The notes beneath the pieces were generated by a model. It did no database searches and had not been told where the DNA came from. It saw only the letters and a list, made by a program, of their open reading frames with translations. Made by a program: the position numbers and the translations under genes. DNA of 62,969 nucleotides, the filler included, from Asterionella formosa (taxonomy: Eukaryota), in NCBI GenBank assembly GCA_002256025.1. It is 26 parts of 26 records of this genome, joined end to end, with 100 filler letters (N's around TTAATTAATTAA, not from the genome) between each part and the next. Parts side by side here need not be neighbours in the genome. Positions count along the whole stretch, not along the records: positions 46,630 to 47,704 come from NKIB01004506.1; positions 47,805 to 48,878 come from NKIB01004508.1; positions 48,979 to 50,052 come from NKIB01004509.1; positions 50,153 to 51,226 come from NKIB01004510.1; positions 51,327 to 52,400 come from NKIB01004511.1; positions 52,501 to 53,574 come from NKIB01004512.1; positions 53,675 to 54,748 come from NKIB01004513.1; positions 54,849 to 55,921 come from NKIB01004515.1; 18 more parts are not named here. One strand, written 5' to 3'. Of this stretch, positions 46,530-57,839 are shown piece after piece. Every line of letters begins with the position of its first letter. The stretch's first letter is position 1.

Positions 46530-47465
46530 NNNNNNNNNNNNNNNNNNNNNNNNNNNNNNNNNNNNNNNNNNNNTTAATTAATTAANNNNNNNNNNNNNNN
46601 NNNNNNNNNNNNNNNNNNNNNNNNNNNNNTTTTAATCTTTTTATATATATAATATATACATGATTCTGCAGCTTAGAACAAGCCGCACAATAGGGCAATC
46701 GAGCCGGAGAAAATCGTAGGACTCAAAATGGCCCCGGATAAATTTGAATTATCGATGCAACTGTTACTAGACACCTGGTAGGTACCTCGTACCAGCTACC
46801 GGCATGTTGAGCTACCAGGCACCTGGTACCTATGCGCTGCCCTGAAAATGCTAAGACAGCCAAGTTAGAAGAAGTGCTCATCATAATATAATTGCAAATG
46901 AGAAAAAACCGAGAAGGGAGTCACCACCAGTTAAGTTATCAATCTGAATTTGGTCAACCATTTTGGCCATGCTGGTACGAAAAGCATCACGAGTAAACTT
47001 GGCTGCCCATCCATCCTGCGAGGTCCTGATATTCTCGAAATTGAATGGATGACTGGGATCATGAAACTGAGAGGCGTCAAATGTACCATCATGGAAGCAT
47101 TGCATGATTTCAGAATATTCTGGATTGCCTTTTTGTAGTCCTTGTCCCCTCTCTATCATGGCGATTATATCAGAATCGTTGGATATGCACAACAAGTAAT
47201 TATTATATTATTTTGTAAATATAATTCTGTGCAGTAAAAATTTTGGGTTACAATGCATTTGAAACCATACCAGACGGTTCTACATTTCGAATCTTTGGTT
47301 CAGGCAAAGGATCGTCCCAATACTAAATATCGAAAAACGATCAAGGTGGGCAAGTGATAGGCTAAGATTCCTTTCAGATAGATTCCTCTTTTCCATGATG
47401 ACGTGATTTCAGCACCTTTTTTCAGGACTCAACATTAAAAAATAACCAGAGGTTACCACTTAAAA

Positions 47466-47672
47466 ACTGTAAGCCACCGCTATTTTACTCTATCTTTCGA
47501 CTAAAAATATTTATGTAATTCAACGATCAAAACTTGACGCAAGTACAAAGCTTATGTTAGACAATGCTCTCTGCTATACTATTAAGGAATCAGTTTTGAT
47601 TCAGTGTATCTAGCCATGAAGAAATAATTTTTCCAAAGTCACTAAGATTATTGCATAGCGGTGGCTTACAGT
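47466..47672. mobile_element. MITE-like element with 18-bp perfect terminal inverted repeats
   Basis: ACTGTAAGCCACCGCTAT (47466-47483) and ATAGCGGTGGCTTACAGT (47655-47672) around an AT-rich interior. No clear TSD. Confidence 0.7.
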
Positions 47673-47806
47673 GCATATTTTTCTATCTGTACATGTATAT
47701 ATTTNNNNNNNNNNNNNNNNNNNNNNNNNNNNNNNNNNNNNNNNNNNNTTAATTAATTAANNNNNNNNNNNNNNNNNNNNNNNNNNNNNNNNNNNNNNNN
47801 NNNNTT

Positions 47807-48529
47807 ACAGAAGCAGATCGGCTTGGAAAACGTAAGGGTCTCCCCCCTGGCTTTGTCGGGCTTGCGTGTCGACATTGCTTTGGAGGTTATGGATCCGGTC
47901 GCTTCTTCCCCTCCAGTATCAAGACCCTGTCAGATACTAGCAAAACTCTAAATGTACTGTACAATCACATGATGCGTTGCCGTAAGTGTCCTTCAGACGT
48001 GCGTGATTGCCTTGAAAAACTTCGTAACCATCATGACGATGAGCGTGCCAAGATGAAGTTCGGTTCCCAGAAAGCCTTCTTTGCCAAGATTTGGGGCCGT
48101 CTTCATGATGGCATTAATACTCCGCAAGCGCCGCCGACTGCTGGCATGAAGCGCAAAATGGCCTCGTATGAACCGCCCCTAAGTAAGAGGGCGTCCTTCG
48201 AGCCTCCGAACGTGTCCCATGCGCAGGGGTTTTCACCGGCCAGGATGCAGCAAATGATGAATAGTGTGGCTGCTCAGCAGCAAGAGCATTTTCATCACCA
48301 ACATCAGGCGCAAATGCAGCAAAATCAAATAATGCATCATCATGAACAACAACACCATCAGCAACTTCAAATGTACAATCACAGTAGCAGCATGCAACAA
48401 CACATGCCTCCTCAACTGCCACCAAACCTGGCTCATTTACAACAGCAAATGATGGGAGGCGGTTTGGATGTCTTGTCGCGACAAGCAACAGAGAATGACA
48501 TGAAGTACCACCATCGTAGTCACATGTAA
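47807..48529 (+). CDS. Diatom-type Cys/His domain protein with Q/H-rich tail (possible transcriptional regulator), 5'-partial
   Basis: Open from the contig edge: GFVGLACRHC..GRFFPSS..NHMMRCRKCP..FFAKIWGRLH, then a Q/H/M-rich region. Confidence 0.8.
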   Translation, partial: TEADRLGKRKGLPPGFVGLACRHCFGGYGSGRFFPSSIKTLSDTSKTLNVLYNHMMRCRKCPSDVRDCLEKLRNHHDDERAKMKFGSQKAFFAKIWGRLHDGINTPQAPPTAGMKRKMASYEPPLSKRASFEPPNVSHAQGFSPARMQQMMNSVAAQQQEHFHHQHQAQMQQNQIMHHHEQQHHQQLQMYNHSSSMQQHMPPQLPPNLAHLQQQMMGGGLDVLSRQATENDMKYHHRSHM

Positions 48530-49149
48530 CGCTGGTGGAATGAAATTTTGGGACTGTAATTTTTGTACATATTTTTAGGGCTTGCATGGCATCTCGACTT
48601 TTCTCTGATTTGCTACTTTATCGCTAGCGCAGACTACAGACGACGTCATAAATAGCTGGAAGTTTTAGCATCGCACACTTCGTTGCATGAATACGCTTAA
48701 TTGCAAGTTGTTATCAATAATATGTAGTGGGGTCCACCGATTCGAGCAGAGGTAGCAGGTTTCTGACTAAATTCATGAATACCTTGTATTCGAATTTATC
48801 CAAATGAAATTCTGGATTGTAGCGACGAAATGGCAATGGCAAAGGCCTGGACAGGACTAAGTGGGAATTGGAAGTCCANNNNNNNNNNNNNNNNNNNNNN
48901 NNNNNNNNNNNNNNNNNNNNNNTTAATTAATTAANNNNNNNNNNNNNNNNNNNNNNNNNNNNNNNNNNNNNNNNNNNNGCTGAGTGAGTCGATCCTTGAG
49001 ATTTATTTACAACAGTTGGTGCATTTTTTGCATTTATAGATAATACGTAATTCCGTACCATTCATCAGGTCCTTTGTGAAATGTTGTTGTGTTTGAATTT
49101 TTAAAATTTTTTAAAATTATTATTATTCTGGCTTTGCAATGTTAATCTT

Positions 49150-49574
49150 CGCAACTGGTTGCCAGGGGCTGCACATTTATGTGTTGATTGAGCTCGAGTA
49201 TTGATGCTAGACTCATATCAATGGTTGGTTCATTGTTGAGAGCATTGTTGAGATTGGAGATTGAACCACATCCTGGTCTAGAAATGCTTCATATTGCTGT
49301 TCGATGGACAGCTTTTGTTTCCTATTTGATGTAAACAACTTTTGCAATACAAATTTTCCTGCAGCAATTTCGACAATATATTAGTATAGTCGATTACATG
49401 ATTGATATTCAGTTGAGAGTATGTTTCAATTGTTGATGTGATTGTTGTAGGTTCAAGAAAAGGCATTTTAGAGGACCACCAATTCTGATTTTCATCGGCG
49501 ACTATATTTCGTCCTCCTTTACCACCAACTCCAATTTCGGAAATGAGAGGGCCACCACTAGTGGAACGCGGCAT
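49150..49574 (-). pseudogene. Possible N-terminal remnant of a Kolobok/Mutator-like transposase
   Basis: HVID..LLQENLYCKSC followed out of frame by SLASILELN; degraded. Confidence 0.3.
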
Positions 49575-50152
49575 GAGTTTGGTTGTTGTTTTTGTGCTTG
49601 ATTTGGTAGAACGAGTAAAAATAAGATTCTGTTTGTTATTTCATGCTACCTCACTTGTGTACTGGTAGGTGGATTGAAGTTGAAACTAATGAAATAAATG
49701 AAAATGGTGGTAAAGTCAATAATCACTACTAGATTAAGAACATTTAGAACGTTTGGGATTTGGTTTGAAACCAGTGTACTCTTCGTTTGGGTTCTTGTTT
49801 TTCAAAAGGGATCAAATCCCCTTCAAACAACAGTCAGGAAGTTCCTGCCAAACACCTTTTCCTAATGGTCCACAAAAAGTTCTGATCAAAAAACTTGTAG
49901 ACAAGATAACGTGCTCTTGATGGCGTGATGTCTTCATCTTTCATTCTTGTGAGAATGAAATCATCTTCCAAAAACTTCTCCATCAACTATTTGACTTCAT
50001 CCCATCGACACTGACATTCAGGGCAACCAAAATCGCAGCATTCACAGAAGATNNNNNNNNNNNNNNNNNNNNNNNNNNNNNNNNNNNNNNNNNNNNTTAA
50101 TTAATTAANNNNNNNNNNNNNNNNNNNNNNNNNNNNNNNNNNNNNNNNNNNN

Positions 50153-51226
50153 TACTCCTTGCATCTGTCGTTGACCTCGCTAGTTGTCAGTTCAAGGTGA
50201 GTGATACGCTGCACTGTAGTGCGTGAGATAACGCGACAAGCAATGGTTAGAATCCAATACGACATTAGGTTACCGACTCGGTGAGACACACCAAGCCAGC
50301 GCCGGAACATGTTTTCGCCAACCCCTGCATTATCCTTGTACCACACCCAATCGTAGAACCCGAAATCCAAGTATTCGGATATGTCGGGTGTCTCGCCTGT
50401 GATTTGTTCTATAGGAGTCCGACCTTCCAGCGCAAATGATGAGTTAGCAGTGAGAGACATTGTTTCACACACCCACACAATTCCGTAATCCCACAAACGC
50501 TTCGGAACCCGACGCTTCATCATTTGTCGAAACCATCGCTTCTTCACTTCACGAATGACTGACTCCGCTCGATTCTGTCGATGCTGTTTAGTTTCGCTCA
50601 CGTGATGTTCAATCCCATACTTCCTTACGTTCTTAATGAATTCCGTTTTCGGTCCAGTCTGTTCGGACGCCCCATCAGACGTGAGGTACTCAGGTGCTCC
50701 GTAATCACGAATGAATTGTCGGAGCGCCAAACCCGCGCCAGACTTCTTCTCCATCGGGTACGCTTTTACGAAATACGCTTCATTTGCAAAGATTTGAGCA
50801 CATGTGTTGTTAGTCAGTGATTTACATTTCCCGAAAATGGTGTCAGTGTAGAACCGTTGGTTCCGTAACTTCTGCTGGCCATACATCCTATCTGTTTGGT
50901 ACCGCCTGCTCAATGGGAGTATTGCTGACCGAATGCCCTTCTGAGTGGTTACCTCTAGGGTCTGTTTCGCTTGAATCAATCCGATATTCCACCTTTCGCT
51001 GAGTGTCTCATAATTCACTTGAGCATACCGGTCTGACGAAACAAAAGTCCTGGTGGCCGGTACGTCCACTTGGGTTGATTTAATGTATCGAACATGTCTT
51101 AGAGCCTCCGCGATCTCCTTAAAGCAGTAGATGGAGGATATTTGGGACAAGAAAGGCTCGACGCCGATCATGTCCTCCGCCTCCACAGATTGTATGAGGG
51201 AAAGGTTGACAGTCTGTGGATTCCAT
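50153..51226 (-). mobile_element. Copia/CoDi-like integrase fragment
   Basis: FYTDTIF, LTSDGASEQ, QNRAESVIREVK (DDE), LWDYG, TGETPDISEYLDFGFYDWVWY. Confidence 0.92.
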
Positions 51227-51326
51227 NNNNNNNNNNNNNNNNNNNNNNNNNNNNNNNNNNNNNNNNNNNNTTAATTAATTAANNNNNNNNNNNNNNNNNN
51301 NNNNNNNNNNNNNNNNNNNNNNNNNN

Positions 51327-51798
51327 GAGGCATTAGTTGAAGTAGCCTGTTTAAAGTTTTAATACGAGCTCCGTAATCCATTACCAACATGGAAAAGGGT
51401 TTAGATAAATAATGTAGCATCCATTGTCGTTGATGTTGAAAACTCTCATTTGGTAAACGATCGTCTAACCATAAAGCCATCGCTTCTTCGAAACTATCGT
51501 AAGATTGATCTTCTGGGTGTACTTCCACATTCAACCAATCCGAAAAGGCAATGTCTGTCAAACACCTTTTAAAATAGGAAAAGGTATCTGCAGGGCTAAA
51601 GTCACATGTGTTAGCCATGTCACGAAATTGACTCACTCCAATTAACAATGCTTCCACTGAGTTTCCATCGATCATATCTTGATCAAACGATTCAAACCTT
51701 CCACCGGTTAAAGCAACTCTGAACGTTTTTGTTTTGATAGTCAATACATTGTAGTCTTTGATCAAAGGAATCACAGGAACCCTTGAATACATTGCCAT
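51327..51798 (-). mobile_element. Gag-like ORF of a Gypsy-type retrotransposon, N-terminal part (joins contig 1-1077)
   Basis: ATG at 51798; FKRCL..W..QRQWM..LSKPFSM; 67-bp identical overlap with 1011-1077. Confidence 0.65.
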
Positions 51799-52269
51799 GT
51801 TTGTTGTCTTCTAATTCGACTCTTTTTGAATTCAAAGTGAAGTATCTAACTAGAAGTAGTAGTATTTGTTGAATATATGAGTTTATTAATTAATCCTTAT
51901 GTACAACTCATTTCCTGAACTGACATCAAAGTATAGAATGGGTGTTAGTCGAGTTCTCTCATTATACAATTCCGATATATTTGATATAACCCTAACCCTA
52001 AATACATCTGTATCGATGTGCAGGATTGCTCACAGGGTACTCACTCATCACTGTCTGCGAGGAATGTCTGATTTGTTTCTGGACATTTCTATTCACTTTC
52101 TCCTACTGCCGGTACCTGGTATGATTATTTACCCACACCGCCCATCCTCATCCTCTCTCCCAAGCAACCACTTACTTTACACAGTACTTACATTAGATTC
52201 CCTCATCGCATGAGAGGAATCAACCTTGTAGCTCCCACCATGTTACCTTACCTTACTTGATTGAGACTT

Positions 52270-52400
52270 TCTCCAGACCACGCCCATGATCAGAAAACGA
52301 GACGCTCTATTACTGGGATGATTGCCTTTATAGGATCTACCCCAGTAACATGGGCATCGAAGCGTCAAGGGGCCATAGCAACTAGCACTTACACTGCAGA
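52270..52400 (+). mobile_element. Copia/CoDi-like RNase H N-terminal fragment
   Basis: DHAHDQKTRRSITG..W.SKRQ.AIATSTY.AE. Confidence 0.85.
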
Positions 52401-52500
52401 NNNNNNNNNNNNNNNNNNNNNNNNNNNNNNNNNNNNNNNNNNNNTTAATTAATTAANNNNNNNNNNNNNNNNNNNNNNNNNNNNNNNNNNNNNNNNNNNN

Positions 52501-53447
52501 GGTTTTTTAACTATGCTGAAAATAGTGGATTTTACCGGGCTAACTCGTTTATTTGGCCTAGTAAAAAAACCGAAGTTCCTTTCTGCAGTTTCTCGCCGAA
52601 AGTTAACTTCTGGGGCTATATGAAGATTACCTATGTACTTAACTCTTCTTCAAACCCTGCCAACGTTGAGCTATCGTCGTCCAAAAATTCGACAATATCG
52701 GCCTTTTCAACGGTCACCCAAACGTCGGAATCAGAATCACTAATCGCCGAAACGTCATCATCGGAATGGTAGTCTTGTGCTAAAATTTTTAGTCGTAAAA
52801 TCTCGTGTACAAAAAGTTCCAATGTAATTGCCCGCTGTAATAATCATATTCTGATTGGTTATCCTTACATCCGTTCGATTGGCACGGTTTGCGAGGTCGT
52901 GCAATCCCACGCCGGCCACACTGGATACACATGAAGCATTTTCTTGGGTGTTGGCCGATCCTACCCGTATACCGGTATCCGTACGAAGTGGGAATATCGA
53001 GTACCGGGTAGGTTTACCCGTATACCGGAATCCGTACGGAGTAGGAATACCGAGAACCGGGTAGACCTACCGGTTCCAGGTAACTGATCATCATTCGTCA
53101 TAGTAAATGGTAGTGCACGCTAACCAGTACCTTAGTACCGATAGTTTGCACATTCAAATATATTTTGCAGCCGCCGGGTCGTGCATGTGAAACATATTTA
53201 TGATACGAGTAGGTATACTATCGGTAGAGTAGCAATATAAAACACTCAGCGATGAAGAATCTATCTTTACATATTTTATGCATTTGAAATGGAATCTATA
53301 TACGTACGCTCAAATTTCCACTCATTTGAATTTTTCAAACGGAATCATTGATATTCAAATTAGCACATAAAAGTTCTTAGTTCCAGGGAATTTCGGCAAC
53401 CCTAAGCAATTTTTTAATTTTTGCCTAGGGGTTCAAATGCAGGAACC
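52501..53447 (-). mobile_element. Non-autonomous Kolobok-like element, copy 1 (ends AGGAACC then TTAA)
   Basis: Near-identical to 53675-54621 up to TTAA (53448-53451), then a unique flank. Internal 53-bp duplication at 52962-53067. Confidence 0.8.
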
Positions 53448-53674
53448 TTAATAGAACAACCCATCACCATCATTAGCCGATCGGTAAATTCGTCGGTAAA
53501 TTATATACGGGTATATATATATATATAATTGTATGGGGGAATAGCGTACGTCTATACTGGTATAGTTGGTTTTTNNNNNNNNNNNNNNNNNNNNNNNNNN
53601 NNNNNNNNNNNNNNNNNNTTAATTAATTAANNNNNNNNNNNNNNNNNNNNNNNNNNNNNNNNNNNNNNNNNNNN

Positions 53675-54621
53675 GGTTTTTTAACTATGCTGAAAATAGT
53701 GGATTTTACCGGGCTAACTCGTTTATTTGGCCTAGTAAAAAAACCGAAGTTCCTTTCTGCAGTTTCTCGCCGAAAGTTAACTTCTGGGGCTATATGAAGA
53801 TTACCTATGTACTTAACTCTTCTTCAAACCCTGCCAACGTTGAGCTATCGTCGTCCAAAAATTCGACAATATCGGCCTTTTCAACGGTCACCCAAACGTC
53901 GGAATCAGAATCACTAATCGCCGAAACGTCATCATCGGAATGGTAGTCTTGTGCTAAAATTTGTAGTCGTAAAATCTCGTGTACAAAAAGTTCCAATGTA
54001 ATTGCCCGCTGTAATAATCATATTCTGATTGGTTATCCTTACATCCGTTCGATTGGCACGGTTTGCGAGGTCGTGCAATCCCACGCCGGCCACACTGGAT
54101 ACACATGAAGCACTTTCTTGGGTGTTGGCCGATCCTACCCGTATACCGGTATCCGTACGGAGTAGGAATATCGAGTACCGGGTAGGTTTACCCGTATACC
54201 GGAATCCGTACGGAGTAGGAATACCGAGTACCGGGTAGACCTACCGGTTCCAGGTAACTGATCATCATTCGTCATAGTAAATGGTAGTGCACGCTAACCA
54301 GTACCTTAGTACCGATAGTTTGCACATTCAAATATATTTTGCAGCCGCCGGGTCGTGCATGTGAAACATATTTATGATACGAGTAGGTATACTATCGGTA
54401 GAGTAGCAATATAAAACATTCATCGATGGAGAATCTATCTTTACATATTTTATGCATTTGAAATGGAATCTATATACGTACGCGCAAATTTCCACTCATT
54501 TGAATTTTTCAAACGGAATCATTGATATTCAAATTAGCACATAAAAGTTCTTAGTTCCAGGGAATTTCGGCAACCCTAAGCAATATTTTAATTTTTGCCT
54601 AGGGGTTCAAATGCAGGAACC
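53675..54621 (-). mobile_element. Non-autonomous Kolobok-like element, copy 2
   Basis: As copy 1. TTAA at 54622-54625; the flank matches the fold-back mini-element at 41107-41177. Confidence 0.8.
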
Positions 54622-55095
54622 TTAATCTAGAGGGTAAAGATAGCCAAATCTTTAGTTTCAGCAAAATTACCGCCACTTCCAGGTACTGGTTGGTACCAGG
54701 TACCAGGTACCTTTATATTGACAGCCATGCGGATCATTGTGGAGGAATNNNNNNNNNNNNNNNNNNNNNNNNNNNNNNNNNNNNNNNNNNNNTTAATTAA
54801 TTAANNNNNNNNNNNNNNNNNNNNNNNNNNNNNNNNNNNNNNNNNNNNCCACTCTACACTCAATTACACCTTGACAGGCGATTGACAAGGTGTTCCCACA
54901 ACCACCATCATCCCCGCTTGACAGCACTAGAAGTCAATACATATGTTATATTGATATCAGGAGGGTTAGAATTTTTAAAATCCAGGCTGTGCACGTCAGC
55001 AACTGCCACGCAAGCTGCCCTATCTCCAATAGAGTAGCTAAAAGGCGCTGAGAAAGTGAAGTTACTATATATTATATTTGTGGTGTCAATATCAT

Positions 55096-55346
55096 CCAAT
55101 ACAAGGTATCCCTGTATTGAGCTTTGTCATGTTCATTTCCCAATATAATTGGGTGACATTTGCAATTCAAAATCGCCCCTGTATCGTATTTGGATGTACT
55201 ACGTCATGTCCCAATACAAGGGCATAAGTTCCAATACAAGGAAGAAGGTTGTCCCTGTATTGGATTCTGGCAGTACTACATCATGTCCCAATACAAGGTG
55301 ACAATATTGACAATATTTTGCAAATCAAGGTCAACCCTGTATTGGT
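55096..55346. repeat. Cluster of CCAATACA(A/G)GG motifs in both orientations
   Basis: About 7 copies: ccaatacaagg at ~55096, 55211, 55231 and 55288; ccctgtattg at ~55110, 55254 and 55335. Confidence 0.7.
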
Positions 55347-57242
55347 CTGTTATGCTTGTAAAGTGTACATACAATATGATCAGCATACAGTAATGTATAC
55401 TCTCAAAATTTTGGCTGCGTCTGAAATGCATTTTGATCAAAACATATCAAACTGTCATTTTTGTTTCATGTGATGATACCACAGTAATGTATACTTTCAA
55501 AATTTTTCAATATGTCTAGTTGGCATATATCTTGTTGCTCAAGTTATTCTGCAGTGATGAGTGGCTGTGTATAGCATACATACCGGCACATCACTGAGCC
55601 AACGTTATTTACGTCTACCATAAATTTTACTACAATGATGTGCTGCAACCATTTTCTCACTGTTCTACTCATCCCTGGCTGAACAAGAAATGCGCACAAT
55701 CATAGAAACAAAGGTGCCGTGTTTAAGGAATTGAAATTGTTTCACGCCATAGTATGCAGGTCCTGCCACTTTCTTCGACTTAACAAAACATCACCTGCGC
55801 ATTATTTCTCACCTATCATCGTGATACAGTTCATTTCAGGAGTGCTTCAGAAACACCATCTCCGTCCAAATCAAGGGTGACCTTGTACGGGCGTGTGAAA
55901 AACAGGGTATCCCTTGAATTGNNNNNNNNNNNNNNNNNNNNNNNNNNNNNNNNNNNNNNNNNNNNTTAATTAATTAANNNNNNNNNNNNNNNNNNNNNNN
56001 NNNNNNNNNNNNNNNNNNNNNTTGTAGGCTAAATCAGATTAAAGTTACAGACAATTCCAAACAACCAGGTGGTCAGGTGGTTTATTAAATGAAAAATCAA
56101 AAGAGATACACATGAATCAATTTGGAATTGGAATCACTATTGCCAGCATGATGACGTATGTAGCACTAAAGTTTGGATACTGCTCGTTAAGCAAAATTAC
56201 CGCAACTTGCCGGTATGCTGAGTACCCTGATACCAGGTACCTGGTACCGGTACCACCATCTTGCTTCATGTGCATATTTTTATGCATCATCACGCACATC
56301 CCGGACTTTCTACGACTAATCAGAGTTGATTTTTCAACCAAAAAGGGAGTACAAAATCAACTGTCAATGCAACGGGGTTGATTTTTTCTTTGTTGTACAA
56401 TACTGTATTTTCTCGTGATCTAGTACGGAAAAATACCGTCAAGGTATTTTACCATCCGCAGTAGAACGATACTTGAGGCCTACAGAAAAATACAACCTGG
56501 GTTGATTTTTACAAGTAATACCGGGATACTGGTACCTGTATTTTCATTCAGTGCGTTCAATTTATACCACAGGAAGAAGTGCATACAATTATTGTAACAT
56601 ATATAATGTACGTACATGGTGCCATCCATGTGTGTACATTATGTCCATGACAGAATTATAAGGGCACCCTGGTACGAAAAGTGTAAAATCACTCTGTTCC
56701 AGTGTAAATGCAACACATTCAGCAACTATAACCCAACTCAATCCACATCCTTTAATAAAGCCCTCTGTAGAAGCAAAAAGCAATATGCATTTTCTATGCA
56801 AGACCATGCAGGCAACAGGTACATCAGTTAGATTAGTATATTTAGGCAAGTATTATAGCAATATTGATTTTACTTGTATTTTGCTAGCCAGCATAATTGT
56901 TTTGCTCTACATGCGAGTATCTCTACCTCCACATTTCCACATTTAGCCTTCATGAATGCCATTGCAAATTTTTCCTCGCTCTCCATTTATTCTAATTGAA
57001 TACATAACAACTCCTGTCTCTGCAATTCATTTTCCCCATATGTGGAATCTTGGAATTGTTTCTGCTGTGGCATGATGAAATTTCTTCCAATTAANNNNNN
57101 NNNNNNNNNNNNNNNNNNNNNNNNNNNNNNNNNNNNNNTTAATTAATTAANNNNNNNNNNNNNNNNNNNNNNNNNNNNNNNNNNNNNNNNNNNNGTTTTT
57201 CGACTGAAGTCTGAACTTCAGTTCATTCCCATTTAATTGTCA

Positions 57243-57839
57243 TATGGCTGGGTGCAAATTTTGGGGCCATGAAGTAGGCCCCATGTTAGGCCTAGTTTTA
57301 GCAAAACCCCTAACTCTATGTCCATGTTGGTATTATTCTGTTGGTTTACTCAACAATTTTACAACCTCCCGCACTGCTTGATTTATTAACATAACCGACA
57401 TGATCAGCGCTATCAGTAAACGCATCAAGCGGTGCGGGAGCAAACGGTTTCGTTTATATATGACCTATTTAGTGTTTAGCATGGCAAATCCACGCCTACA
57501 TGACCAACCAATTCACGTGCAGAAGCTCTTCAGCTATCTGGAGTTGAAACTGTAGAGGAATGCCTCAAATACGGTCCTATAGCAGTTATGATTACGCCAC
57601 TACAACGATTTCACAACCATCGCTGTGTAATCATGGACTTCGATTTCAAGTTATCCTTAATGAATTCAACCATGACAACAACGAGATCGGATGAAAAAAT
57701 ATTTAGATGGATACACAAAATTTAAACATATGTATGTTATGTATGTACAAAATTTTACTTCAGCTAAAATTATGTTGTACTGGTAGCTACGTTGTTGGCT
57801 ACCTCACCATGTAGTAGCTTCAGGATGCACCCAGCCATA
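57243..57839. mobile_element. MITE-like element with 14-bp perfect inverted ends
   Basis: TATGGCTGGGTGCA (57243-57256) and TGCACCCAGCCATA (57826-57839); no ORF inside. Confidence 0.6.

Noticed and set aside
46881..47195. 104-aa ORF on contig 46630-47704
   Set aside because: Protein-like but no recognisable family, and start and exon structure are unclear; not enough support to annotate.
51987..52001. Telomere-like TAACCCTAACCCTAA
   Set aside because: Only 2.5 units and internal; chance occurrence is plausible.
53430..53451. piggyBac assignment for the TTAA-flanked family
   Set aside because: The terminus reads GGTTCC rather than CC[CT], and the associated protein remnant is not piggyBac-like.
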